Positions 39,061 to 53,189 of a DNA stretch of 64,000 nt are shown one piece after another. A program made the position numbers and the translations under genes. Below the pieces are notes generated by a model, which was given only the letters and a program-made list of their open reading frames with translations, had not been told where the DNA came from and did no database searches. Each line of letters starts with the position of its first letter. Within the stretch, counting starts at the first letter, position 1. The stretch comes from Eledone cirrhosa (Eukaryota), in assembly GCA_964016885.1 (NCBI GenBank), contig OZ024745.1:126852001-126916000 (forward strand). The letters run 5' to 3'.

Positions 39061-39439
39061 AAGACATGGTTAGAGCATTGGGCTTGCAATCGAAAGGTTG
39101 TGAGTTCAATTCTCAGACCGGGTGATGTGTTGTTTCCTTGAGCAAGACACTTTATTTCACATTGGTCCAGTTTACTCAGCTGTAGAAATGAGATGATTGG
39201 ACTGGGGTCTCTATCATTCCACTGCAAAGTGGTCGTGGAGGTACCACGGCAAAAAAAAGCATGCAGCCCACACTGTAAAGTGGACGTGTAGGCGCCACAG
39301 AAAAAAAGCACCCAGTATTCACTGTAAATGAGGTTGGTGTTATGAAGGGCATCCAGCTGTAGAAATCAAGCCAGAATCAGTTCCCGTCCCATATGTATTC
39401 ATTGCATTCAATAAATATATATTGTTTGTTTCTTGTATT

Positions 39440-39479
<40 letters not shown>

Positions 39480-39590
39480 TCGGAAAAGATTGTTTTGGAA
39501 AACAGGAGTAAGCAGGAGAAAGCTCTCATCAATCGTTGTTTTTAGTTATGATAGAGAATTTTATAAAAATAACAAAATAAGACGCGGTGT

Positions 39591-39678
39591 TCATCTGAAG
39601 AAACCGTTCTCATAATCAACAGCAAATGCATGAAGGACATCTCGATTGCATGGAGAACCGTGGAAATAATTATTATGA
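39591..39678 (+). ncRNA. Type I hammerhead ribozyme motif, degenerate stem II base
   Basis: tcat CTGAAGA aaccgttctc...gagaaccgtg GAAA taatta TT atga, enclosed by a ~21-bp inverted repeat (39565-39585 / 39701-39721). Confidence 0.65.
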
Positions 39679-40394
39679 TTAAACGATATATGTAACCTCA
39701 GCATCTTATTTTGTTATTTTTATATATAGATAGATAGGGATATATAGAGAGAGATAGTGAGAGAGAAAGGGGGAGAGAAAGAGGAGATTATACACACATA
39801 TGTAGATATGTCATATGTTTTAATTTCTACCATTTGAACTGTGCAAGCAGAAAATAACAGTGGTATTTATGTGTATATATATGTATAAATATGTAACCAT
39901 GCATCCATCACTATATTATATTGATGCTAGATTTTCATCTATTTTCTCTTTCCAGTTTTTCTCTTGTTCACCTCTCTCCACCTACCCCAGTACACAACTC
40001 TCCTCACCTCCATAAATGAACCTCTCCACCATAACTTCCTAAGCACCACTTATTCCTCTTATCACTCTCTTAACTAAAATATTTTAATGTGTTTATCTCC
40101 CCCATCTCTCTCTTTCTCCTACTACCCATCATACTTACCACTTTACACTCGCTCGTTCACCACCCTCTCTGCTTTCTTTCTCTTCTCTCCTCTCTCCTTC
40201 TTACTGTCCCCCTTTCCTTTCTCCCTCTCCCCCTATCTCTCTCTCTCTCGTATGAAGCATGGCATTACTTTTCATATATATGTTATATATATGTATATTA
40301 TATGTATAGTTTCATGTGTCTTTATGTTTTTTATACGTTTAAAAAAAAATGGATATATGTGCATTTGTTTCTGTGTATAGTTAAATCTAGTTCA

Positions 40395-40702
40395 CATGCA
40401 TGTACATGCTCACATATATATATATATATACATGCTCACATATATATATATACATGCTCACATATATATATATACATGCTCACATATATATATATATACA
40501 TGCTCACATATATATATATATATATACATGCTCACATATATATATATACATGCTCACATATATATATATATACATGCTCACATATATATATATACACGCT
40601 CACATATATATATATACATGCTCACATATATATATATATATACATGCTCACATATATATATATATACATGCTCACATATATATATATATACATGCTCACA
40701 TG
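40395..40702. repeat. (CATGCTCACATATATATATA..)n minisatellite
   Basis: Directly visible. Confidence 0.95.
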
Positions 40703-43244
40703 CATACTTGAATATGTGTCTGAGGACGTCAATAATATAAAGTACCAGCCAAGTACTGAGGTGGATTGGCAGTATCGGTAGAGGGTCGGACACCATGCTT
40801 TGTAGCAAAGAGTTATGGCCCTTTGCGGTCTGAGTTCAAATCCCGAAGGTTAACTTTGCCTTTCATCCTTACAGGGTCGATAAAATAAAGTACCAGTAAT
40901 ACACTGGGATAATTGGGGGCCTTGTTCCAAAAGTAGAAACAATTATAATCAATATCCCCTTCTTTCTGAAATTTCTGACCTTTGCCAAAATTAGAAACCC
41001 TTATTATAAACTTTGTGTACATATGTATTGTTCAATCATATGCAATACTTAATTATTTATCACACTTCAATAAACTGATCTTTTAGGGGATTGTACCTTC
41101 ATCTTGGTTGCTATAGTAACAATGTTTCAGATGCCTCTCTTACCATATTCAGTAATGTTCATAGAATTTTGAAGCAAACCCTTTATTCAAACCACAGGAA
41201 TAGACTATCCTCATACCCAATATATTTTCATATTAGTTAATTAGTTCTTTGTTAGTATATCTACATATACACTAGTTTAAGCAGAACAAGAGTGGAAAAT
41301 AGACGTTAAATATCATTATCATCATCATCATGTGATTAATGGGAAGTCTGAAAATCAACAGAGTTATCTAGCATTTATGAAATTAATACAAGCATGCATC
41401 AAGGATCTGTCTTTGAACCTATACTCTTCCTGGTGTTTATCAATGATTTCCCAGGCAAAATAACCCGTTCCGTTATTAACATATTTGCTGGTAGGGGCCA
41501 CATTAGACAGTTTTTACCTCTTAGTACATAACACATTGGGATCTAGTAACAGATCTTACCAGTGATCTAACTGGGATAATGTAATGGGAAAATAAATTGT
41601 TATATTTATTACTTCCAAGATCAAACTGGTATCTTTACCTATTATCATCAAATCCCTGACCATTCCCTTTACTTTGATAGATATAGCTATCTCTGCTAAA
41701 ATTCTTAACCCATAGAACTCAGTAGATGTATGTAATTAAAGCGTAACGTATGTTACAAATGGACGAAATACAGAATTATAATAAGATAATGACTAGTGAT
41801 TTTAACTGCCACTGTCACTATATATATATCACAGAAAAAAAGAGAATCAGTGTTACGATGATTGGAATTTATTGGACATATAATCGTTTCTCTGGCGACC
41901 AGCTCGAGGTACGATCGATGTGATGATCGAACCTGATTCTGAAAATCGCAAGGGCCTCAGATACGTCTTGATTCTACGATTAGGAGAATCTGCTTCGTAG
42001 AATCAAGACGTATCTTCGTAGAATCGGGACTTTCTCAGTGGAACATAGTGCTTTTGAGAATTACCACTTTTGATACCAAACTACTTGAAATCACCTCTGG
42101 TTCTACAATATCTCTCTTAGTCAGTACCCTACACCCATCCAGTGTTGCGCACAAAGCCTTGTCTGGGGTGTTAAGGTTTCAAGGTCATTAAGTATGCATT
42201 AATCTTCAAGATGAGGCAAACTAGAAGGTGCTCCATAGTTTGTAATTCCCCGTATTGGCAGTACATATCCCCATTTCAGTACATATACCCATTTCTGAAA
42301 CTTGGTTCTACAGCAACCAACAGCTATTTGGAGGCAATTCAGGCAGAAGGGCCAGGCATGACTACAATAAAAAGCTGTTTCTTTTAAAGTGTGTTTATAT
42401 TTATCTAAAAACGTTCCATCATAATTTTATGTAAGAACCTTTGTTAAGTTATGTTCCAAACACCAGCTTAATGAGAATGTTTGTTATTTTACTAAGTCTC
42501 TCCAAATTCTTGATTATATTCAAAATTATAAAAAAATTATAGGCAGTGTCTTTCAATAGAAATATGGTTGATGAAAGATTTAATTTAGTTGGTAAGGAGC
42601 TCTTTTTTATCACTCCAACTGTTCTGTCATCATTCTAATGTTGCAAGTCTGGACTTTTTCTGCCAGTACTTTCATGAAAACATGTCCAAATGAACTTCAT
42701 TCCCTTTTTGCACCAGTTCAAAAATCTTCCATCATAATTAAGTTTGATGAATTTGGCAAACCACATTTGTGCTTTCTGAATATCTTCTAGACACACTGCA
42801 AGTTTCATCCACAAACTTTTTTTTTTCAGAACAATTGAATTTTTACCCTACAAAATATCCTTCTTCTCTTTCTCTTTCTCTTTCTCCATCATATCATCCT
42901 CATCACCATCACCATCATCAACTGAGTGTAAATGTTCTTCATGCACACACACTTGTGTGATTTTTTAATGTTACTTGCAAGGTAATCTGAATTAAGTTTA
43001 TCTTGTTAAAATGGTTTCTATTTACATGCCTTTGTTGTTGCTAAGATGCCATATTTCAAACATATAATGTTACATCACCAAATTTATAGATACTTAATTT
43101 CAATTAAGATCAGTAGAGCAGCTAATAAAAGATGTTGTTATCCTTCATTATTAAGTTCCTTAGTGCTGTCTACCTTGTTTATAAATCTCAGCTGCTCTTA
43201 TTTGATTTGTAAATCATTTAACATTTAACCTTTCTTTTTTTCAG

Positions 43245-43379
43245 AACTCTATATCTGAAGTTGCTCAGTTATTCACTGAATTCTTCCGTGAGCTTGATGT
43301 AGTTCCCTCTGATGTGGTTGCTGGCTTACTTTTATTAAGACGTTATCAAAAGCTTCAAATGCGGAGTCATGTTTCTAAG
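43245..43379 (+). CDS. DAGLA: DAGLA internal exon
   Basis: Polypyrimidine tract + cAG / AAG|gtatgt. 135 nt encoding NSISEVAQLFTEFFRELDVVPSDVVAGLLLLRRYQK, matching the DAGL signature FFRDLDIVPSDIIAGL. Confidence 0.96.
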
Positions 43380-43489
43380 GTATGTAATTTATACTTTATT
43401 CTAAAATATTTACAGCCATACTCATCTTTTGAAATAAATATTGTTATAAAATTCACAAACCAGTCTTACCAGGAGACTTAATTAAGTGC

Positions 43490-44040
43490 AAGAATTACTG
43501 GAACTGGTGCAGTAAAGTGTCAGCTTCTGCATTCGGTAATCAGAAGAAGGGAGGCAGGTGTAAAACCCAAACTCACTATCTTCAGTTCTGTATTCATGCT
43601 AGCCCTTACCTATGGTCATGATTCTTAGGTAATGACCAAAAGAATACAATCGTGAATACATACATGTAGTCGAAATGGGGTTCCTTTGAGGGGTCATTGG
43701 AGTAACGTTACTGAATAGAGTGCATAGCTCAGAGATCAGAGAGTCACTCCAGGTAGAGCCAATACTTCTATGAATTGAGAGATCACAGCTCCGATACTTT
43801 GGGCATATGGTTAAAATGTCTCTCGATAAAATCACTGGACAGATTTTATGGGCAAAACTAACCAGCAGAAAACCCAGGGCTAGACCCCGAGCAAGATGGT
43901 TGGATAACATTCATGACCTTGGCTGGTCTTGCTTGGGGATCCAGCTGCATCAGTTGGGGATGATTGCTCTCAACAGAACCTGCTGGAAGAAGTGTTTGAG
44001 GACTCTGCCACCATGAAACTCTCAAGAATAAGTGGGCAAA
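43490..44040 (+). mobile_element. RTE LINE 3' fragment
   Basis: Encodes LTYGHDS...EMGFL...SQLRYFGHMVKM...KPRARPRARWLDNI. Confidence 0.85.
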
Positions 44041-44916
44041 CAAGGATATATATATATATATATAACACAGTAAAGAGAGACAAACACGGATATATAACTA
44101 TATGCGTTCAAATTACAAGGGACAGAAACCACCAGAGTGAAGAAAATACTGACTAAAATGGTATGGTTCACAGAACTCAATTAAAAGGCTAAATCGAGAT
44201 ATACAAACCTACTATGATAACTATCACGTATCCAGACAGCTTACGGATAGAACTGTTTCGTAATTTAGGGAAGAGACTTGCTGGTCTGATGCTTTAACAT
44301 CTCAATGAATGGATAAAATATATAGATAAAACATCAATCAGAGAAGCAATATTACATATTAAATTTAAGTGATAAACTCTATTTATGGGAGTATAAACCA
44401 GACAGACCAAAAACAAATTTAGTCAATATCACCTATGTATCGATCTCCCTACATTTATGGAAGAAGTAAATATTGGAAAAGACTAACATTTGAAGAATCT
44501 GCATATATATATATATATAACAAATAGTTTTATCGCTCTACATGGGTGAATACAAGATATATATATATTATCATCATCATCATCATCATCATCATCATTT
44601 TACATCCGCTTTTCCCTGCTTGCAAGGGTGGGACGTATATGCATGTATATATGTACATATGTATGTATTTTTATAAGAACAAACAAAATAGTATCGTAAT
44701 GTTCATTTATTTTAAGCAGATTTGATACCAATTAATATAACAATTGTAATATTTGTGGAGGGTCATGTTGTCCTAATATTGCCAGAAAAAAATAGTAAAG
44801 TACAATCACTGTATGGTTTGGTTTTTGTTTCAATATATTTTTATGTTTCTATAAATACTTTAGTTGGCAATCAATGTTTATCATTGATTGACCAACAGTT
44901 AGAAATATAAATATAG

Positions 44917-45144
44917 TTAACCCTTTAGCATTCACATTACTCTATATTTACTATTGTATTTTCACAGAAAATGATTTATCTCACATAATTATCTCACATA
45001 ATATCGAATCTAAAGATTTTGATATTATTTATGTTGAGAACAATACCTTAACGTTGGTATGAGCAGCCAGTTATAATCGGTTTGAACAGAAAGGGGTGAG
45101 AGAATTCTGGCTGGATATGGCCGGTTTAAATGTTAAAGGGTTAA
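44917..45144 (-). mobile_element. piggyBac-type MITE family 1, full length
   Basis: TTAA|ccctttagcatt ... aatgttaaaggg|TTAA. Confidence 0.9.
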
Positions 45145-45149
45145 ACTAA

Positions 45150-45690
45150 GTTTCTTGTGTTAGATGTGATCAAATGTATTGCTGATGTCAAGAGCAACAA
45201 CATTACTTTTACTGAAGTTCTCAACAGCAAGAGAATACTGGTAGAGCTGACTTGAGAGATTGGTGTTCACTGAGAAGGGGGAGATAATCACAATGGGCTA
45301 ACAGTATGTTGTTTAGGATCATGTCCTTCTTTGAGATGTTGGAAATATGGGCAATAAATGTACAGTGTTATACAGGCTGGCTTTCTAAGGAGTGGAATAC
45401 ATTATAGCATCTTTCCATGGATTGGGATAGCTGTAAGGAGACAGAAAGATTAAAGAGTTTGGTGAGAATAAAGGTTAATTTTGTGTAAAGTTTGTGAATA
45501 AGTACAAAGTCACCATCAGGATTAACTCATTGGGTAATAGAAGAAATATTAGAACTTGGACAACTTCAAATATCGAAGTGCTTGGACAGAAAGCATTGAA
45601 AAAGTGTTCAAGTAGGAATAGTATTTGCTTGATCAATGTGTCACAAGTTGAAGAGGATATGGACATCATGGATAAGAAGAAAGCTTAAAA
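45150..45690 (-). mobile_element. Highly degraded CR1/L2-like RT fragment
   Basis: Minus-strand pieces PDG...ILTKLFNLS...IPLLRK resemble the region N-terminal to the RT core. Many stops and frameshifts. Confidence 0.4.
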
Positions 45691-46700
45691 AAAATGATGT
45701 TTATTGCAACAATGGAGCCTCTTCTTTTGTATGAATCTGATAGCTGCTATACGAGAGTGTTGTACAAGGCACTTAATGTTTCATGGAAAGATGATTTCAC
45801 CATCAGAGAGTTGTATTAGTAGCTTCTACCAGTAACAGAAAAGATAATCCAAAAGAGAATGAAACTCGCAGGTCATTGTGTTTGTCACCATGAGGAAATA
45901 GCAAGTGATCTTGTTCTGTAGGACCCATCTGATCAATACACATACGGTTAGAAGGAAAAAGAATGCATTGACAACCTGCTGGAAGATGTCTGAGTAGATG
46001 GTGTAGGAGAACTGAGAACACTGATGAGAGATAGAGAGCTTTGGCGGGCATGTGTAACACCAGATGAACAACTTGGTGGTTAGCATATACAGATTAGCAC
46101 TTGGGAATTGTATGTATATGGTGGTGAGACAAATGGAGTGAGTAGGGAGATTTTGAAGAAGTTCTATTAAGCATGTGCAGTGTATGGGGAGAAAGTAAAA
46201 TAAACAACAAATATTTTAGTTTCTCTGCTGCAAAATGATGAGTAGGCAAATTCTGCAAAGTTAGTGAAGACAATTTTGGCAAAGAACCAATGGCTCTGAT
46301 TTAATCTGGGAGGTAGGCCATTTTATGATTGTCTTAAAGGTGCTGTGGTGATGTGTAAATTACTAGCAGTTAGTCTTGGTGTTGAGTTGAAGAGGTGCAG
46401 CACATTTTCTGACAGGAATAATCAGCACAAAACTTGCAGAGTTCTAATCATTTAACTTGTTGCACCAGAAAGCTTAGAGTTAAGTTGGTGTGTTGTCTTG
46501 ATTAAGCAATCATCAGATAACGAAATGTGAGCAGAAATGATGATGATTTGATAAAGCCAGACTTTCAAGGTGAGAAAAAGTCAAGTGTGTCAGTGTGTTC
46601 TCAATGCAAGACAAATGGTTGCTGAGCAGTTGTGGGTGGTTGCAGAGAGCTCAGAGAGCCATAGAAGCCGCAGGTGATTTTAGAATAAAAGAGGCTTTGA

Positions 46701-46731
<31 letters not shown>

Positions 46732-47237
46732 CTTCTTCTTCTTCTTCTTCTTCTTCTTCTTCTTCTTCTTCTTCTTCTTCTTCTTCTTCTTCTTCTTCTT
46801 CTTCTTCTTCTCCTTATCCTTCTTCTTCTTCCTTATTGGTCACTGTCAAGACCTCTGGTGTTCATGGTCCACGAACTGCCATTTTCCTCTGCAAAATCAG
46901 GAGTGCATCCTGCCCAAAGAAGGAACTATGTGAGGTAGAGTAGCTGATGCAGTGAGTGCCATTGGTTATTCTCTACAGCAATTACTCCACCATTTTGTCT
47001 GCAAGTTACAGATGAGATAGAGAGGCAGAGATGAGTCTGTGAGGCATAGTCTGTACACATCATAGACTGTGATGTAGAGTCTATCACTCTCTACCCTCTT
47101 CCTTTTACTTCCACTATTTAATTAATTTTTTCCTCTTCATTTTTAACACTTTTTTTAAATATGCAAACATTGATAAATTGTAAATATACTTCTATAATAA
47201 GTGTTTCTACTAACATCTTTTTACTTGCTCTTTACAG

Positions 47238-47440
47238 AAAACCAATGATATTTATCAATATCTCTCAGGAGCAGCTATTACTCCTAAGACTCATTTTCTC
47301 CAACTAAATGATCCTGATGTTATGGATGAGTACAAACTAATTATCCATTATATGGAGTACGCATTGGCTGCCTATGGTTGGCCTGCTTATATGATGATGA
47401 ACAACGCCACTGGATTATGTAGTCTGATTCCTTATCTCTC
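47238..47440 (+). CDS. DAGLA: DAGLA internal exon
   Basis: ttacAG / TC|gtaagt. 203 nt encoding KTNDIYQYLSGAAITPKTHFL...HYMEYALAAYGWPAYMM, with the conserved ALAAYGWP motif. Confidence 0.96.
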
Positions 47441-50400
47441 GTAAGTTATGAAGTTCTATCATTAGTTTTATTTTTATCTTTATTTTATTATTGTTTCATT
47501 TCCATAGTCATTATCACCATCGTCATCATCGTTTAACGTCCATTTTTCATGCTAGCATGGGTTAGACAGGTTTGTCAAATTAGAGGCAAGTTGAGTTGGA
47601 TGACCATATAGGACTGTTTCTGGCTGGTTTTCTATGGCTGGATGCTCTTCCTAATGCCAACCTTAACCTAATAACGTACCAGTCACATACTGGTGTCGAT
47701 TGAATCGACTTCCCCTCCCCCTAAATTGCTGACCTTGTACCTATATAAGAAACCATTACCATTATCATCATCATCACCCCATCATCATCTCTCACAATAA
47801 ATCTTTTTATTTTTTTAACTTCACATATATTTTTCTTTTGCCTTCTTAATTTGATTGAAGTCAGTTTGGATTGGTGTCAATTATATGTTTGCGTTAAGTA
47901 TTAAGTGTATGAACAAGCTTATTATACACATATCCGTTAATGTTTATTTAGATGAATGCTAGAATAAATTACCTATTTACTCAAATGCATTTACTTTGGT
48001 GTATTTATATATTTGTGTAGTCTTCCACATAAATGCTTTAATTTTTATGTGTGTGATAGAATTACAGATTTATATTTAAGTCAGCAAATTGGCAGAATCA
48101 TTAGAACATTGGATAGAATGCTTTGCAGTATTCATTCCAGCACTTTGAACTCTAAGTTCAAAATCATGGAGGTTAACTTTGATTTCATCCTTTTGAGGTT
48201 GATAAAAAAAGTACCATTTCGGTACTGGGATTGATTCTTCCTCTATATCTCTTTTTCACTTCCTCTCTATCACTCTCTCTTTCTTCTCTCTAGAAGAAGC
48301 TGGCTGTGTTCAGATCTGGAGAGGAGATGGACTCTGCCAGGTTCAAAATGCCCTAAACATGCTGTGTGTTACTATAGTACCCTTACAACTCCACCAGGAG
48401 TTTTAAGTCAATATACACATACAATTCATAATAAGGAAGTAACAAGTAATAGATAATTCCATCACATTTTTCTTTACCTCAAAACATCATTAACCTGTTG
48501 ACTGCCATGTATATTTTACCCAGCTACAAACATTTATTAACAACACATCTGAATGATTGACAAATGTCACATCAATAAACTAGTAATCCTATCTAACTTT
48601 GAAGTTATGAACTTTTGGAAAAGAGTTCAAACATATTAGGATGAGTTACCTCATCTACGGCACTGAAGAGGTTAAACAAAGTTTGTAATTTTAATTTTAA
48701 ACAAGTTCAGTAATTTTAAATCTTAAATTAACCCCTATCACATCTATATGTATAACACTTTCCTTTTACCATTTTATCGACTTACATAGGTGGAGTCATT
48801 TTGAAAATTAGAATATTTACATATTGGAACAAATGTTTGTACAACTAAATAATCTTCTACTATTAATCACACAACTTTGAGTGGTTCCTATCATCAGTCT
48901 GATGTCCTTGCCTAAGGACACAACATAATGACTGTTGCAAAATTTGAACTCAATTTTAAATGGTTAGTAATTCAACCTGTTTACTGCTCGGTTATGATGT
49001 TTTTCAGTGCTTCATCTAAGTACTAACCATGCTTGATGGTGCTTTATATAAGAAATAGCCAAAATTGAATGTTATTATTATGACACAACAAAAAGCACCC
49101 AGCCCACCCTGTAAAGTCGTTGTGTTGGTGACACAACAAAAAGCATCTTGTATGAGCAAGACACAGTCACTTGATCTGACTTGTCTCATGACAGGATGCT
49201 AGCATGGAAAAATGGACATTGAACAGTGATGATTGTTATAAAATTGTTTTTATTAATCATACATTAAATTATAAATTAACTGTATAAATCAATTAGTCAT
49301 AAAAGCTTTATATTGAGTGAACCCACCTCAGCATATTTCTAAAATAGAGGAAATTGAACAAACAATATCATATCATCCCTTTAAACATTGTCTTTGTCGT
49401 GATTTGAAAGCAGCTTTGGAAAAAAAAAATTCTCATTATTATGTACTATGGTCACACAATCATAATTAGTTAATGCGCTATTGCACAGTTGCCACTGCAT
49501 TTTGTCCTTGTACTACTTAACTATAGTGAAGGTGCATGGCTGAGGGGTAAGAAAATTGGATTTGCAATCGTGAGGTTGTGAGTTCGATTCCTGGACTGGG
49601 CGATGCATTATGTCCTTGAGCAAGACACTTTATTTCACATTACTCCTTCTACCTGGAGTTGTGACCGATAGAGGGAATTAGCAATTGGAAAGACCAACGG
49701 AAACATTGTTTCCTCGGTCCGATTTGACAGTAGTCAATCGACTGTTGACTACTTAACTATTTTCAAGTAATCTAATTGACAGCTGATTCTACTCCCTCAA
49801 GACCATTAAGTGCTTTAAGCATCATTTAAGAAATCTAACTAGGAAAATAAACTACACCAACAATTCATTTTTTTAAGAAATTAAATTTTTCTGGGCTAAA
49901 TAACTCATTGTAGTGAAATAAAACAAAAACAATTATTAATGAACATACTGTAAATGTGGTTGGTGTTAGGAAGGGCATCCATCCGTAGAAAACCTGCCAG
50001 ATACAGTCTTATACGAGCGAGACACAATCACCCGCTCAATCTTGCTTCAAGTAGGACAATTCCTGTCTAAACCATGCTAGCGTGGAAGATAGATGTTAAA
50101 CAACGATGATGATGATGATGATGCCTATCTGTTACTCCTGTTCACTATTGAATCTAGTCTCAAGACAACAAACAAGCCAATAGTAATATATATTATGATT
50201 GATTAGAGATGATTGATTTGAATACATGTTCATTCTTCTTCTTCTTCTTCTTCTTCAATTTTTAGTATAGTTTAATTGGTGCAAAGGATTTATAGGTGAA
50301 TGAGTGTCAAGCATAGATTTGATGTTTTCAATTTGAGTGATTGTTAGACATAAATTCACAGCTGATTGTAAACATCCCTTACAACATTATTTTATAATAT

Positions 50401-52569
50401 ATTCAAAGATTGGATTTGACTATTTTCTGCTATTGTTCATCATTGTTATCATCCTTATCATCATCATCATCCTCAACATTGTATGTTTCAGTTTAATACT
50501 TACTGGCATATGTTGAATGGATTTGTAATTCAACATCATTCCAAGTCTTTTGAAAATGTTTGAAGTCAATCCCAACTATTTCTTATCAGGAATTCCTTAT
50601 TCTAATATTACCACAGTTTCTTCACTGATAACTTATAGTACTTTTCACTCAATATTATCAATTTGCATGTCACCTAACCAATATAGAAATATTTCCTATA
50701 TATATATATGCCAATACCTTTGATGCTTAGCTATATAAACTAAACTAGTAAAGGAGCTTCTGTACAGTTGCTTACCCTGCTCAGTATAATAGTCAAATCA
50801 CTCTCAATAAACATTCTACTACTTTTAAAATGGGGTCTACTTGTTTTAAATTCTGAATTTTAGGAACATACTCACAATAAAGATGAAATAACTGTGGTTA
50901 GAATTTCAAACTTGTGTTAAGGTTTACCCTAAATGAACTCATTGACCATCTTATATTTGAATACTTAGAATGCTAAACCCATGGGAGAGTTTATAAGTTT
51001 GATTGTCATTAGGGGTAGAAAGTCTAACATTATTGGCTCTTGTTCTTTAATGAAGGGTCGAGATAGACAAAAATGCTTTCTTAACTCTTCACAGCAATCA
51101 AACTTATAATCATTCTACAAACTGCCCTTTGTATTAATTGTTGCTGACACAAATCTTCACCAGTTTCTTCAGATTTCAGGCTTTATCCTGCTAAACCCAT
51201 AAATTGCTTCCAGGTGTTTGATTAGTTACTTCTGTGTCTTAGCTTGGCTTTGATAGAGCTGACTAAGGCTACTCCATGCTTCTTTCTCTAAAGTAAACAT
51301 TGCACATCCTTTGAATCAACCTCATCTCATTTCTCACCATCTCCTGTAGATCTTCTGCATTCACAGCTCATGTTTCAGTGTTATACATTACCATATTGTT
51401 TACTCTTCTTTCACACTCAATGTCCTGAAAAGTCCAATCCAAGGCCTTCTCACTCCTGTTGGAGCAACCCCTCCCTGGTTAACCTCCACAACTTTCTGTT
51501 TGGTTTGGTCATGTCAAGGATGTAGCCATACTCACTACACCTGGCTAATTGTGGGTTGGTGAAACTATTTAACCCATAGTTGGAGTGGGTGGCCGTTAAC
51601 TCTAAAGAATTCATCTGAACTTTTAACAGCTCTTGCTTTTTATGCTGCTAGGATCCCACAAACTGCCTCCCCACCAGGCCAGGGTCTGCTGAGAGAGCCA
51701 GTTTAGTCACCAACCTGAGATTCAAAGAGGAGAAAAAAGGAGGCCCTTTGTTTCCTATAGAATTAGTAGTTCTTAAAACATTTTACCACCATCGTCTTTC
51801 ATATACCTAATCATGATGCTACAACTAATTCTACTGTTACTGTTAATTACACCAATTGAAAACCAAAACTAATCTGTTACTTCCAGGGAACCAGCTGAAC
51901 AATTTATAACATTCAAATTAAAGTTGCTTTTGCTGTTATCTACTTAGCATCTGAAATACGTATTTTTTTTATTCCATTAAATACTGTTATGTAATTAATA
52001 TAATTAATATAATTAATTGTATTAATTGTATTAATTGTTCTTAATATATTACATTAAAAGTTAATTATTACTTGATAATTAAGAATTATTAATCTTAGTA
52101 TATACAAGCATCTAATTTCACTAACATCTACATTTGGGAGTCTTTCCTCATTCCTGCACACAACATGGCCTACCCAATTGAGAAGATATGTTGGCAGATT
52201 CAATGTTCGTGCAACCAGCATCTATAAGGATTTGTGTGTCAAGTACATCCATGCATAAAAATATACATCCATACATACATTCACACATGTATGGGTACAA
52301 AACATATGCACATGCACACATATAACACAAAACATCCACATCCACACATGCAATAACATCCATACCTGCACATACTCACACACACACACAGATATGCATA
52401 CATATTTACCTAGTTGATGTTGTCTAAATTCCAAGGAAAGAGTTTTGTGTCATGTTAAAAACCGACTCTCTCTCTCTCTATTGGTAAAAATATATAAAAT
52501 TATGAAAGCAGAACATTCATACATATAACATATATGTAATTCACCTATTATATCATATTTTGTTTTCAG

Positions 52570-52714
52570 TTGTTGCTGTTGTAAAGGTTGTACAAAACAG
52601 CAAACTTACTCTACTGTTGTTGAAGATAACTGTTGTGAGTGTAATTTTGCTGCCATGAAGAAACTCAGTGGCCTCCCAGATACTGATATTATATATGTAA
52701 CATATCATGTAGAT
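52570..52714 (+). CDS. DAGLA: DAGLA internal exon (Cys-rich insert)
   Basis: ttttcAG / GAT|gtaagt. 145 nt encoding (S)CCCCKGCTKQQTYSTVVEDNCCECNFAAMKKLSGLPDTDIIYVTYHVD (cf. EEDNCCGCN...DIVY). Confidence 0.95.
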
Positions 52715-52749
52715 GTAAGTTGAGTTGCTTAAAACACTACTTCTGAACT

Positions 52750-52821
52750 TTAACCTTTTAGCATTTAAACTGGCCATATCCAGCCAGAATTCTCTCACCT
52801 CTTTCTGTCCAAAAGAGTTAA
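52750..52821 (+). mobile_element. 72-bp internally deleted MITE family 1
   Basis: TTAA|ccttttagcatttaaactggcc...caaaagag|TTAA, within the 391-bp intron. Confidence 0.75.
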
Positions 52822-53105
52822 ATATTTCCTACAATTCTTAAACATTTTATATTGAACCTTTTAAAATTAAATAATTCATTCAGTATTAAAATAAGTTAAG
52901 ATTGTTAGAATTAAATGTTACAACAAATTAAACATTCCTCTGAAAAGATTTGAAAATAGTTCTTAATAATTATTGTTTTGACATATCAGCTCTTGGTATC
53001 ATAGAACACTTAATTCTTATACATTTTATAAATTTCATATTGCTGCTCATGTAAAGGTTTTCAAAAGCTTTTGTTTGCAAAACAATTTTTTTTTTTTATT
53101 TACAG

Positions 53106-53189
53106 ATTGGAAAAACGCCATTTTATGTTGCTCTTGATCATAAACAGAAGAAAGTAATTGTTTGTGTGAGAGGAACATTATCATTACAG
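53106..53189 (+). CDS. DAGLA: DAGLA internal exon (start of lipase-3 core)
   Basis: ttacAG / CAG|gtaata. 84 nt encoding IGKTPFYVALDHKQKKVIVCVRGTLSLQ (lipase class 3 RGT motif). Confidence 0.96.

Noticed and set aside
44065-44502. TA-embedded element with a CGAAACAGTT motif on the minus strand
   Set aside because: No CUGANGA box. It is possibly the same element class but cannot be called a ribozyme.
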